Shown here: positions 38,427 to 53,324 of the stretch, piece by piece
Layout: each line of letters starts with the position of its first letter
How positions within the stretch are numbered: the first letter of the stretch is position 1
Source of the DNA: Octopus bimaculoides
Lineage: Eukaryota
Reading direction: 5' to 3'
Assembly: GCF_001194135.2 (NCBI RefSeq)
Contig: NC_068994.1
Span: 52,074,096 to 52,138,095 of the forward strand
DNA: 64,000 bases
The notes under the pieces: model-generated
Told to the model about the DNA's origin: nothing
The model's database searches: none
The model's input: only the letters and a program-made list of their open reading frames with translations
Position numbers and translations under genes: made by a program

Positions 38427-38819
38427 GATATTGATAAAAAGTGTAGGTGGCATACGAGTGGGTATATATTTATAAAAAAGAAGTTTGAAAACGCCACTAT
38501 GTAAAATAAATTTTAATTTATAATTTTCTCAGAGATACTTTACATGTTTCGGTTCTTGAAAAAACGAACCTTATCAAAAATACATATTTAAAAAGAAAAT
38601 GTAATTAAAAGAAAAGTTCATAATTGTTTCTTACTGGTGTCAACATAGTCCACGTGGGAGCGTTTTTTGTGTGGGGACAGAATGGCTGTCTCGTGCGTTG
38701 ACTTGAATCGTTGGCTGTAGTAGTAGTAGTAGTGACCGTGGTGGTAATGGTAAACGGGAGTGACCGCTGTCCGTGGAAGCAGCAGCAGCAATAGTAGTAG
38801 TGACAGCGGTCACTCCCGT

Positions 38820-38990
38820 CGATAACATCAACCCAAATGCTCAACTGGGACTTATTTTATCGACCCCGGGAAATGAGAAAAGTTAGATTTGACCTTGGCG
38901 AAATTTGAACTCAGAATGTAAAGATGGGACAAAATGCTGCTAGGCATTTTACCCGGAGTGTTAAAGATTCTGCCAGTTTGGCGCCTTGTA
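38820..38990 (-). mobile_element. SINE family B lacking its distal tail
   Basis: CTCAACTGGGACTTATTTTATCGACCCCGGG...GACCTTGGCGAAATTTGAACTCAG...GATTCTGCCAGTTTGGCGCCTT. Confidence 0.8.
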
Positions 38991-39384
38991 TCAGTGAAGG
39001 TAATATTAAACCAAGACAGCTAAACCATCATAAGCACAAAGAAACCTAACTAATTATATCCAATTATGGCCTCTGATATATTTACGTTCATGAAATTTTA
39101 ATCATAGCCCATTAGCTTTACGTTGCGCTTAAGTGTTTGCGGTTTGAAATTTTTATGACAACAAAAAAGAAAAAAAAACAACAGTATAATTTCTCAAGTT
39201 TGTTTTTGTTGTTGTTATTGTTCTTTATATCGTTATTTTTCATCTATTTGTTTTTGTTTTTTTTTTCTTAATGGATTTTTGCATGTTTTTTTTCTATTTT
39301 GTATTTTTTTTGTTGGTGTTTTGTTCTATGATGACGGAAACAAAAACATTATCATAAATACTATATGAACATTCAAACATTGCT

Positions 39385-40880
<1,496 letters not shown>

Positions 40881-41339
40881 TTTGTAAGTCCCTAAAATAG
40901 TCATATTTTGATTCCAAAATATTCCTATACTGAACCCAATTAACGAAATCTTTAAACCGCGTCTAATAAAAATACCAACTATTCCGTTAAATTACATTTA
41001 ACAAAACGTCACTGTTATTACCAAATATATCTCTTAGTTGTTTAGCCCTAGGTTGGCCCTGAACAAAGAGCTTTGTGGTGAAAATGATCCAGCTTTCAAC
41101 AGCCATCATTTTGCTCGACTATAGCGTGCCACTCTGGGATACGCTATATAGTGCGGCCATTTTATATCAGCCTTTATGTCTATATTTACTATGTTAACCT
41201 ACCATATAGGCGCTATGTACAATAATCCCTCTATCGCGGGTGTTACATTCAAAAACCCCTCTGCGATAGGTGAAAATCCGCGAAGTAGAAACAGTATTGT
41301 ACTGTATATAATTTTGATCATTTTTATAATTTGTATACC

Positions 41340-41790
41340 TTAGATAACTTAGATTAGTTTCAGCCATTATCAGCCCAGGCCATGACTAACTCAGTAGTCT
41401 TATAGTTAATTATTTCGGGACACCATGGACCACTCTCGCAGAGAGTTGTTGTTGGTTGAGACGTATGCAGGTGTAGATAGTTTATCCGGTATTTACTGGA
41501 GGAATTTGTCCAGGTAACGTTTGAAAGTTGTGGGGTCTTTTTCTACTTTAATTTCTTTCGGGATAACACTGAAAAGATCAGTGAAGAAATTGTGTCGCAA
41601 TGTTGTTATCGGATGTGATCTCGACCTTTGTAGGGGATGCATTGCACGGGGGCCTAGTCTTGTGTAAATTATTGACATAATACCGATATCATTTGGATGA
41701 TATTGGTGGAATATTTTCCACATGGTGCAAATAATGTATCGCTCACGGCGGCGTTGCAGAGAATAGAGTTTCAGCTGATTAAGTCAAACC
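41340..41790 (-). mobile_element. CR1/L2-group LINE 3' end
   Basis: LNQLKLYSLQRRRERYIICTMWKIF...ITTLRHNFF...IPKEIKVEKDPTTFKRYLDKFLQ*IPDK...YVSTNNNSLREW plus short 3' UTR. Confidence 0.85.
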
Positions 41791-42192
41791 CAATAATCAA
41801 ATCCTATCATGCCATTTACTTTTTAGTGATTGATCTTTGTGGTGATACGATCCTCATTATGACATCTTTAAAAAATTTTTTTTTGTAGGGGGAACGCAAT
41901 GGCAGCATTATTATAAATGAAAAACAATAGCACACACACTCATCTCTAGAGTTGCGTTTTCCATACAGTGTGTGCGATTCTTTGTTTGCTCATCTACGGT
42001 ACACTACGTATTTTCTAAAAATATATTTTAATTAATGTGTTATACAGTGCAGTACTATACTGTATTTTAATTTATTAATTTTTAGGAATAATTAATTTTT
42101 AGAAATAATTAAAATCTAAAATATATAAATTCATATCAGCCCAAGAAATCCGCGATATACTGAGGAGTCCGCGATATAAATTTACATATATT

Positions 42193-42338
42193 CTTTTCTA
42201 CTCTAGGCAAAAGGCCCGAAATTTTGGGGGAGGGGGCCAGTCAATTAGATCGACCCCAGTACGCAACTAGTACTTAGTTTTTCGACCCCGAAAGGATGAA
42301 AGGCAAAGTCGACCTCGGCGAAATTTGAACTCAGAACG
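42193..42338 (-). mobile_element. 5'-truncated SINE B with perfect 15-bp target-site duplication
   Basis: AAATTTACATATATT at 42178-42192 and 42339-42353. Confidence 0.92.
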
Positions 42339-43010
42339 AAATTTACATATATTAGCCAGAAAAATTTGCGAAGTACTGACTGCGTGATAGGTGAATGGCG
42401 AAATGGCGAGGGATTACTGTATATGTTATAGTATATTAAGGCAACAATGTTATGCCGTTAGAAGTAAAGTCTAAGAAGGTAAAGGAGGAGGATGGAATTC
42501 TGTTACCGAATAAATTAAGAGAAGTGAAGAAAGGTTATGAACAAGGCAAGAAAAAGTGAAATGCTTTTAAGAATTAAAAAAAAAACAAGGAAAATCTTAA
42601 AAATATCTTAAAGAAAAAATATTAAAACCATAATAGACTTCAAAAGAAATCGTCGAAAAAAATGTTTCTAGAACAACTCATAAATTCTTAAAAATTCTCA
42701 AAAGATCTCAAAATATTCAAAAGTTTTAGAGTTACGAAGCTCTGGAATGTCTTCATTTTTGTCCAGTATGTTCTAGTATGAAAGTTTCATACAAGAACAT
42801 GGACTAAAATCTTCTTAAGATAATACGAAATCACAATAATTTCAATGTCATGATTAGCGAAATCGAAACCGGTCGACAACCACAATACTTTTGCGTTTAA
42901 AATATATTAAAACTATGTAAGTTCTGTGCATTTTCCTTCTTTTAATATATGCATATTTTTTGCAATTACAGTTCACCACGTGGGGATAATTAAAATCCTC
43001 TTCCTCTCAT

Positions 43011-43043
<33 letters not shown>

Positions 43044-43167
43044 TGTGTGTGTGTATGAATGTGTTTGTATGAGCGCATGTGTATGCGTGTTTGGATGCGC
43101 GTACGTGTGTGTGTTGTATGTGTGTGTGTGTATGTATGTGTGTGTGTATGTATGTGTGTGTGTGTAT

Positions 43168-43209
<42 letters not shown>

Positions 43210-43489
43210 ATTGGAAATTTTCCCTGTGACACTTGGTTTCCGATCTTACAGAAAATTTCTGCGCAAGTTTTTCATGCTGGTAGCAAAAGTTTCAATAATT
43301 TTCAGGAGAAATTTTTGCAAATTTAAATATTGAATTATCATTTTAATTTAGCCAATGACATTTATCCAATCTTGGTACGCCCAAGGGGCGTTATCAATAG
43401 TGACAATGTTTTGGCTTGTTGTTTTTTTTGTCCAATTAAGCGCAACGTTGCAGGAATCATGTTATATTTATTTTAGAAATTGGTTTGGC

Positions 43490-43772
43490 TCTCCGTCGGT
43501 TGTGACGATGCGTGTTCCATTTGTTTCGATCGGCGCAACAGACTGCCCGTGAAATTAACCTGCAAAATAACTGAGTTAACTATGTTAATAGACGCGTTAA
43601 CATAGTGATTCATGGTGATTCAATGTGACATAGAATGTGTAAAGGTTGGCTCTTTTGAATTACAAGCATTACTCATTTATGCTAGCTGAGTGAACAAAAC
43701 GCACCACCGGGGATCGAACTCCTGACGCTACGGCAATGAGCCGAATACCCTAACAACTTAACCACGCACCTT
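43490..43772 (-). mobile_element. SINE family C-like, internally deleted
   Basis: tRNA-like head (GGGGATCGAACTCC on +, i.e. B-box on -), GCTAGCTGAGTGAAC core remnant. Confidence 0.6.
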
Positions 43773-43786
43773 CACAGTTTATAGAA

Positions 43787-43880
<94 letters not shown>

Positions 43881-44047
43881 GATGGAATGCGAGAGGGTAA
43901 TGTAAAAGTGATACCAGTGGTGATCGGAGCTTTGGGCTCAATCTCATTGAAACTTCAAAACTTCTTAAGGCAACTGGAAATCCCATGCAAGATTGATGTC
44001 TTGCGAAAAGCAGCCTCAATGGGCACAGCGCACATATTAAGGAAAGT
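43881..44047 (+). mobile_element. R4/Dong-like LINE, extreme ORF C-terminus
   Basis: NVKVIPVVIGALGSISLKLQNFLRQLEIPCKIDVLRKAASMGTAHILRKV is the canonical RLE-LINE end motif (VxxGALG...LGTAxILRKV); starts directly after (TAA)n. Confidence 0.85.
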
Positions 44048-44313
44048 ATTCTTTTCTACTCTAGACACAATTAGTGGGAGAGCATCATAGCCATGTGTTG
44101 AGAGGAATTCTAGGCACAATACCCGAAATTCCCGGGGACGGGCCAATCGACTAGATCAACTCCAGTACGCAACTGGTACTTAGTTTATCGACCCTGAAAG
44201 GATGAAGGGCAAAGTCGACCTCGGCGGAATTTGAACTCAGAACATGAAAGACAGATGAAATACCGCTAAGCATTTCGCCCGGTGTGCTAATGTTTCTGCC
44301 AGCTCGCTGCCTT
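44048..44313 (-). mobile_element. SINE family B with a 38-nt foreign insert in its tail
   Basis: Full head at 44313; tail interrupted at 44072-44109. Confidence 0.88.
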
Positions 44314-46596
44314 ACCGTTTTAATAATAATAAAAGAAGAAACGTAACAAAACTTTCAAATATTTACTAAACAAATGAAAGAAATTACATTACCATTTATA
44401 ATGAAATTTTACGATGTATTACAAACTCAAAATAGTAACCTTAATAGTGATTGCTTCCATTACATTTAAACTTCAGCCAAAACCTTAACTCTGATCTTAA
44501 ACACTCGCTTAAAACCAAAATGTTAACCCTGACACCTTTGTCTAAATTCTAAGGCGGTATTTCGTCTAGTCTAGTATTTGGATCGATTTAATCGACAAAG
44601 TTATCCGCATTTGTTTGTGACCATGAGCTTATATTTAAAGTGTTTCTTACTTAGCTCTTGTTTTCTGCTTATGTAAGAAAATATTCTTAAATAATATCCG
44701 AAAGAATTTACCATTACATTCAATCTTTTGAAGAACAAAAGAAAATAAGAAATGAAATTTTGTTTTGTAGGTTGTTCTTTGTATATAATCCTTGGTTAAA
44801 AATATCTGAATTTCTAAGCTTCGTTAATTCTTGAAACACGAGAACGGACAGACAAGTTAATCAATTCAGCAAATAAATGGAACAAAACACTAGTGACACC
44901 TAAATTTGGTAATGACTGGATATATTTGGACAGAGCGGTGGTGAAGGAATGTTGGTTGTAGTGTGCATAATTATTAAAGCCGAAATATTTCAAAAAAAAA
45001 ATTCCGTTTGCATTTTCTGTTTTTTTTTTCCAGCACGCAGTGTAGCGCTTCAGACGGGAACGAAAAAATCATCAGAAATTTTCTATCATGCTTCTGTAGA
45101 CCGATTCAGAAAACGACCAAAGGCAGTTGGGACTGTTACATTATTACCGAAATAAATATTGCAAAAAAGGAAAAAGTTAAACAAACAACAATAACAAAAC
45201 ACAAGCTAATTACAATCAATAATATTAAGGGGTGAAAATTAACTCGGCTCATCTGCAAATAACCAAGACGAATGTCCATTAGCTTCCTTAACATTCGGGC
45301 TATTATTATTAAAATTACATTCGCATTCAAAGACAATTCTATTTATTTATTTTATTGTTACTGTATTTTCGGTTTGTTTGATTGTTGTAAAATTTAAGAA
45401 ATGTTTTCTTTTTCCAGGCAAGAATATTATATTTCTTTTCATTTTTCTTCGTGTATTTTCATTTATATTTCATTGGAATCATTCTTGCAATTTGTATCAA
45501 ATTTCAATCCAATATCTAAAACTCATCGTTTGATTATTATTTAGAAGATTGCATTCTCTAAAGACATCCGCCATTGAAAAAAAAAATACTCTATGTGATT
45601 GCATTGCAGTATGTTCTCAGGTTGATGAACTAAAAGGTATCTAAAACTCACCTTTCCGTTGTTCTTATACTATTATATTTGCACTTTTTTTTAAACATCA
45701 CGTAGTGCCCCAGCGTGGGCACAATTCAGTGACAAAATCTAGTAAATGAATAAAAGAATCAACACTTTGTTTCCCTCTCTTTCTCTTATTTCTCCCTCTC
45801 TCGCTCATTCTCTCTCTTTCATTTTCTTTCCTCTCTCGTTCTATCTTTTATATTTTATTATACAGTAATCCCAAGGAGGCGAGTTGGCAGAAACGTTACC
45901 ACGCCGGGTGAAATAATGGACACATTGCGTATACTTTTGAAAATCGAAGGATCACTGAATTTTGAGCATACATCTGCTCAACCATTGTTGTGTTGACTAC
46001 ATAACAAGAACGACAATAACAACAACAACGACAATATCAAGGCTTTCAATCCCCCGCTACCTCCTTCGTTAAAAACATGAAGGAAGTTTACATTGCTTCA
46101 GACAAAATTTATGATGTCTGTGTATGCTGAGAAAAAATATTTATGATACTGTAATGGTTATGTTCTCACTCGACCAGTCATGTTGTGGTAATGGTAAAGA
46201 CAAGAAGTTAAATTCGTAGAAGATGACCCAGTTTATTGCTCAGCGCAATCAAATTTGAATTTGCAGAAGTCACCATAAGCATTATTTCATAGAAATTGAA
46301 ACCGTAGAAGTACGAGGACAGAAAAATGAATAATTTATTTATGAATTTGTACGTACTCGTAAGGGCGGGGGTGGGGGGTGCACAAGAGTAACAAACTGAT
46401 GCAGAAAGGGAAAGTGTGAGAGGAGGAGAAAGAATGAGAAGTAGAGATAGAGAAAAAGAGAGAAAGAGGTACAAACAGGGAGTTAGTTGGACAGAGAAAT
46501 AGAGAAAGTTGACATGTTGTGTACCGTAATGTTTTGCTGGAAAGACAAATATACAAATATACATATCATGATATTATTTAAACATAACGCTGTACC

Positions 46597-46631
46597 GTAT
46601 GTATGTATGTATGTATGTATGTATGTATGTA

Positions 46632-46678
<47 letters not shown>

Positions 46679-47150
46679 ATGTATGTAGTAGTAATGATTG
46701 TATATATGTACACCTCAGTAGAAAGCAAATATACATACATGCCTATACATGTGTATGACCGTGTATATATGTGCGTGAATATGTATACGCACATTATATG
46801 TATATATATATATACATTTTCAATGCACATAAATACAAATGTATTATACGCACACACATACGTGCGCACACAGACACACACACACACTCACTAATATACA
46901 CACACATACATATATGTATATACACATATGTTCGTTAATTTTTTAAACGTAGGTATGAAAGATATTTATATAAATACACACACATACATACAAATACAGA
47001 TGCACACACACACATACGCACACACACACACATACATACATACATGTATATACACATATATTCGTAAATTTTTTAAACGTATGTATGAAAGATATTTATA
47101 TAAATTTATATAAATACACACACATAAATACAAATACAGACACACACAAA

Positions 47151-47190
<40 letters not shown>

Positions 47191-47371
47191 TACAGGCACA
47201 CAGACACATACAAACATTTATATGCACAAAAGGATATGCTTGTTCCTCTGTCTGTGTGTGTGTATGTATGTATATATATATTCACACATTTACCAAGATG
47301 ATGACGGTAATAACGATGATGATGATTATGATGATAATCGTGTTGGTGGTGGTGGTGTTGCTGAATGTGTA

Positions 47372-47431
<60 letters not shown>

Positions 47432-47628
47432 TGTGTATTTTGCCGACTGTTTCTAGTGTTGATTTTGTTTGATAATGTTCTCATTCATTGCTTAAGCAAG
47501 CAAACTCAGTGCTAAGCAAACAAACCACAGATCATCAACTTTCCTAAAACTATATACATACATATATATATGTATGTATATGTATATACATGTATATGTA
47601 TACACACATACATGATAAATATTATCTA

Positions 47629-47681
<53 letters not shown>

Positions 47682-47717
47682 GTAGTAGTAGTAGTAGTTG
47701 TAGTAGTAGTAGTAGTT

Positions 47718-47760
<43 letters not shown>

Positions 47761-47941
47761 CAGTAGTAGTATTATTGCTGTTGTTGTTACTGATATCTCA
47801 ATACAACGCAGCATGGCTTTCGGTGAGAAACAAGATGGAGGTGTGAATCAAGTCGAACCGTATTGACACAACGTTTTATACTTGAGTGGCCTCCACTTCA
47901 GTTTTGGGCAAAATTGGATGGTTTTATATATGTATATGTAC

Positions 47942-47989
<48 letters not shown>

Positions 47990-48330
47990 GTGTATGTATA
48001 TAAACATCTGCATATCTATGTATTATATATATTATATACATACATACGTTCACATTAAATATATGCGTGTGCGTATGAGAATATATACACACACTCACAC
48101 ACACATATATATATATTTATATATATATGTATATACATATATATACTCATGTGTATACATATATGCATGAATGTGTGTATATATATTTATATACATATAT
48201 ACACAGACATACGTTCGCAGACACACAAGTACACACATATAAACGGTTACATGTAGGCATATAAGTGTGTGTATATATGTGTGTGTGTACATGTGTGTGT
48301 ATGCGCGCGCGCGTGTGTATGTGTGAGTGT
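46597..48330. repeat. Compound microsatellite field (TATG, GT, AC, TTA, GTA) containing a 130-bp tandem duplication
   Basis: Directly visible; unique core TTCGT.AATTTTTTAAACGTA.GTATGAAAGATATTTATATAAAT at 46931 and 47061. Confidence 0.9.
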
Positions 48331-48888
48331 GTATGTGTATTTACTCGTGTGTCTGTCAGATTATCAATGCAACTTTGTCTCCGAAATCTTTAGCTTTATT
48401 TGCAGGATTTTGTTATCTTCTATATTGTAAATCTCTTTCAGCACGGTATCTCTCCTACATTTGTTTCAAGCGAACATTTTGTTCAGCCCAACATCTATTA
48501 TCTCTCACATTCTCTCATCTCTCAGTTGCTTTCTGTCATGCGACGTTTTTTTTTTTATTCCATTCGGTTCTGGTCTGCAGTCAGTAGTTTTTTGAATAAC
48601 CAGGCTTGGAGAGCATTTGTTCCCGTCCTCTTGGTTCCACAATGGCAATGATATCATTTCTATTAGCTCACAAGATGGTACAACTAGATGCATTCCGATT
48701 TTCATTCTTTACCTGTAGCTTCTTGCACCCTTGTGTATCTTACTTCACAGTCATCACACAATGAAGTGGGGCCAGAACGAGCGTCTCCTTCAGAATATTT
48801 CAATTTATGCTCTTCGCTTTCAGTTCAAGTATCGAAAGGGCTCTCTTGGCTTCATGACAGCCACCTAACAAGCTACTTTCCACACTCC

Positions 48889-48979
<91 letters not shown>

Positions 48980-49619
48980 CATGTATACACAGAGATTGAA
49001 TGAGTAAGAGCCTTTTGAAGGAATGAGTATTGGTGGTGATTTGTTCGTATACACCCTCTAAGGTGGTCGTGGTGGTAGTGGTAAAAGGGGAGCCCAGCGT
49101 GCTGCGGTTTATTGACTGAAACAAGAAAAGGAATTTGAAGACTACGCTGAGAGAAAAATAGGAAAAATACTACCGTTTTCTTCTCTTTTTTTTATTTTAG
49201 CAATACGCTCGCATTTCAAAACCAGAAATATTGCTGAAACATTCCTGTCGAAATCTCCATTATATTTTAAAACAAGTGAAGGAGGTATTACACATATAAT
49301 CAGCAACTTACTCAAAACGGATTACTATTCGTATTCGGTGTAGGAAAATGAAAATCACCACTAAATATATACATAAGAGAAAGGAGACAATACAAGCATA
49401 ATCAGTAATTTTCCCAAAGCGGATTATATTCCTATGCAGCGCTGGAAGATAATACATCAAAATCTCTTCTAAATATCGTCTGCAGGAAAGAACCAAAAGT
49501 CATGTATTAAATCTGTTGAAGTAGCTGCTGAACAAAGAAGACATTTTGTTCAAAATTAGCGAGAAATAGGTTATTATTGGTGGACAAATGTTTCGAAGCT
49601 GATACAACTATTTTAACCT

Positions 49620-49840
49620 AATACCTTCTTTCTAATTTTGGTACAAGGCCAGCATATTTAGATGAGAATACGAGTTGATTATTATCGACCTTAGTGTTCA
49701 AATGGTTATCATTTTATCAAATCTGCAAGGAGAAAAGACAAAGTCGACATTTGTAGAATTTGAAAACAGATTATAAAGAGCCGGAAGAAATGTCGCTAAG
49801 CATTTTGTTCAATTTGCTAACAGTTCTGTCGGCTTGCCAC
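49620..49840 (-). mobile_element. SINE family B, old copy
   Basis: TTTTGGTACAAGGCCAGCA...GACAAAGTCGACATTTGTAGAATTTGAA...GCTAAGCATTTTG. Confidence 0.7.
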
Positions 49841-49907
49841 TTTATTTTAACCTCATAATAATTAGACAATTGTAGCCTTAATAATTAATTGTGTAAAAGC
49901 AAGCATT

Positions 49908-50184
49908 GGGGGTCGATAAATTAAGTACCAGTTACGCACTGGGTTCGATGTAATCGACTTAATCCCTTTTTCTGTCCTTGTTTGTCCCCTCTAAGTTTAG
50001 CCCCTTTTGGGCAATAAAGAAATAAGAAACGTTAGCACGCCAGGCGAAATGCTTAGAAATATTTTGTCCGTCTTTACGTTCTGAGTTCAAATTCGGCCGA
50101 GGTCGACTTTGCCTTTCATCCTTTCCTGGTCGATAAATTAAGAATCAGTTGCTTACTGGTATCGATCTAATCGACTAGCTCCGT
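49908..50184 (+). mobile_element. Tandem SINE B (variant tail fused to next head)
   Basis: GGTCGATAAATTAAGTACCAG...GGGCAATAAAGAAATAAGAA|ACGTTAGCACGCCAGGCGAAATGC... Confidence 0.85.
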
Positions 50185-51504
50185 NNNNNNNNNNNNNNNN
50201 NNNNNNNNNNNNNNNNNNNNNNNNNNNNNNNNNNNNNNNNNNNNNNNNNNNNNNNNNNNNNNNNNNNNNNNNNNNNNNNNNNNNNNNNNNNNNNNNNNNN
50301 NNNNNNNNNNNNNNNNNNNNNNNNNNNNNNNNNNNNNNNNNNNNNNNNNNNNNNNNNNNNNNNNNNNNNNNNNNNNNNNNNNNNNNNNNNNNNNNNNNNN
50401 NNNNNNNNNNNNNNNNNNNNNNNNNNNNNNNNNNNNNNNNNNNNNNNNNNNNNNNNNNNNNNNNNNNNNNNNNNNNNNNNNNNNNNNNNNNNNNNNNNNN
50501 NNNNNNNNNNNNNNNNNNNNNNNNNNNNNNNNNNNNNNNNNNNNNNNNNNNNNNNNNNNNNNNNNNNNNNNNNNNNNNNNNNNNNNNNNNNNNNNNNNNN
50601 NNNNNNNNNNNNNNNNNNNNNNNNNNNNNNNNNNNNNNNNNNNNNNNNNNNNNNNNNNNNNNNNNNNNNNNNNNNNNNNNNNNNNNNNNNNNNNNNNNNN
50701 NNNNNNNNNNNNNNNNNNNNNNNNNNNNNNNNNNNNNNNNNNNNNNNNNNNNNNNNNNNNNNNNNNNNNNNNNNNNNNNNNNNNNNNNNNNNNNNNNNNN
50801 NNNNNNNNNNNNNNNNNNNNNNNNNNNNNNNNNNNNNNNNNNNNNNNNNNNNNNNNNNNNNNNNNNNNNNNNNNNNNNNNNNNNNNNNNNNNNNNNNNNN
50901 NNNNNNNNNNNNNNNNNNNNNNNNNNNNNNNNNNNNNNNNNNNNNNNNNNNNNNNNNNNNNNNNNNNNNNNNNNNNNNNNNNNNNNNNNNNNNNNNNNNN
51001 NNNNNNNNNNNNNNNNNNNNNNNNNNNNNNNNNNNNNNNNNNNNNNNNNNNNNNNNTCTTTCTTTCTTTCTTTCTGTTATCTCTACAAGGATGGCAGCAT
51101 ATGACACCGAGGGAATTCCCAAAATTGCCGCTGGTCTTGTCTTCATTTTATTTCCTTTTCTCAAATTATTGTTTTATCCTCTTTTCTCTCCTCTCTCGCC
51201 ATTATATTTCAGACAAAAAACAGCTAATTTTTAAGATAATTCTTTTTTTACTCAAGAAACATAAAAAAGTATTAAATTAAAATTATAAAAAATAAATACA
51301 TTCACAGCTAACAGAAGACTAAAAAAAAAAAACTCACAAACTATGTAAAAGAAATACTTCATATTTTATTAAAAGAAAGTTCTTTTTGTTTAAATTTGAA
51401 AATAATATAAAATCGATTCAAGAGTATTTCTAAAAATGTATTTTCAACTTAGAAAATTGTTAAGAGATTTGGTCTTTTAAAAACAAAACTTAATATACTG
51501 GTTT

Positions 51505-51928
51505 GAAGCACCGATTTGGTAGAATCGTTTGCATCCCGGGCAAAATACTTAACGACATTTCTTCCGGCTTAACGTTTTCAATTTGATTTTCACTGAGGTT
51601 TGCTTTATCTTTCATGTTTTTCAAGGTCGATAAAATAAGCACCAGTTGAGCCCTGGGGTAGATGTGATCGACATAGCTTCTCCTCCAAAATTCCCGATCT
51701 TGTGTCAAGATGTGAAACCAATTAATGTCCTGGCTTAAGGCGCCGATTTGGCAGAATAGTTTTCATTTGTTCCGATTTTGCGTTCTAAATTCAAATTCTA
51801 CCAAGGTAGACTTTGCCTTTAATCAATTTGGGAGCGACAAAAAAAGAACCAGTCGAGTACTGGAGTCGATGTAATCGACTTCTCTCACCTCAAAATTTCT
51901 AGGCTTTGAGTCAATAATAGACAGAATA
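51505..51928 (+). mobile_element. Two adjacent old SINE B copies
   Basis: Heads at ~51505 and ~51736; cores GGTCGATAAAATAAGCACCAGTTGAG and GAGTACTGGAGTCGATGTAATCGACT. Confidence 0.7.
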
Positions 51929-53281
51929 AATATACTGGTTTTCTTGTAAAAAATGGCAACTGAACACGGTAAAAGGCAAGTTCCCGGCGAGTCATTTTAG
52001 CGACGCAGTTCCGATACGCTGCGGTAATTATTTTAATTTCATCCATACCACTAATGTCCTTCAGGAAAATATTTTATTTCACCACGTTACGTTACATTCT
52101 CTACTAAAATATTGGAATATTTGTTCCTGATCAGATCAATGCAAAATTATGTTTGACAGACACTGCTAGAGGAAGCTCTCAGCTACCGGCTATTTGACAT
52201 CACAAAGCTGCCAGAATCACCAGATCAAAGGTGAGGAAACCTTCGCTTGGAAGTAAAAATTGCGTCCGTATTCAAATTTGAAACTACGCGCTGACGAGTC
52301 TCCAAAAGATTTCCATAAAATAATAAAATCCTCTTTGAACATAAAACCGATGCGGTAATTTTGTATCAGTTTTATACCCATGGGTTTATAATATTAAAGA
52401 TTCATTATTTTTTCAGTACATTTCATACTGAAGAAAATTGCACTTGTGACATATTTATGAAAAAAAAAAAATCTATATTTCTGCTTTTGATGACACTGTT
52501 TCATTTCATGTCGTAAAATACTTTTTGGAACAAACAAAAAAAAAAAAAAGAAAGAAAGAAAAAGAAGGCAAGAATGGACCAGATTCCATTTTCTCTTCGT
52601 CAACATACGAGGCACTTATATATAGTTAGAAGTAAACAAAATTATGATACTTTATGTCGCAAGGCAAATCACACGTAGAAGAAACAAACACCAATGCTTT
52701 CGGTGATGTGAGATGAAGCTGTTGTATCATTTGAGTATCCTTTTGAGAGCATTGCGCTACTTCTCATACTTGCTAATGGTTGACAGAAAAAAACTGCTAT
52801 ATATAAAAAGATGAACGTCTGATATTCATGTTCTCATTTCTCAGATATAAATATGCAACCGTTTTTATAATGTCAAATTGAAATAATTGTTTTGAATTAC
52901 GCTATTCATACCAATACGCTTAAGACCGTTCCTGGTTCTGTCATACGAACTTTGTTTTTAAGTAGTCTTAATTACAACCTTTCCTTCATAAATTTAATGC
53001 TAATTTACGTTTTTCAACGTCAGTCCAATAAAGACATGTATTTTACTAAATTCTTCATTATTTGAAAAAATTAATTGAAGAAAAATTTATGTATTTCAAC
53101 AGAAGTATTGTAACAGAAGTTTTACCTTAAACTTTAAAGAACGGTGGGGAAATCTCTTCAGTTGAAGTTATAGTTAACCAGAAAGAGTGAAACTGTAACA
53201 CAATGATTCCCATCCTGGGGTCCGCAAAGGTAGTACTGCTGGGAGTCCGTAAACTAAATTCAAAATTTCATACATTTATAC

Positions 53282-53320
53282 CGCGATAGGTGAACCGCGA
53301 TGTGGCGAGGGATTACTATA
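53282..53320. mobile_element. Solo right TIR of the pogo/Tigger-type element
   Basis: CGCGATAGGTGAACCGCGATGTGGCGAGGGATTACTATA, matches 42383-42421. Confidence 0.7.
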
Positions 53321-53324
53321 TACT

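Larger units (their letters stand above)
41218..42421. mobile_element. Non-autonomous pogo/Tigger-type DNA transposon with nested LINE and SINE
   Basis: Left end TA-CAATAATCCCTC..TATCGCGG, right end GGCGAGGGATTACTG-TA; TA target sites; same right TIR at 53282-53320. Confidence 0.7.

Noticed and set aside
48330-48890. Repeat-free 560-bp block with several short ORFs
   Set aside because: No frame has both credible splice sites and a recognisable product
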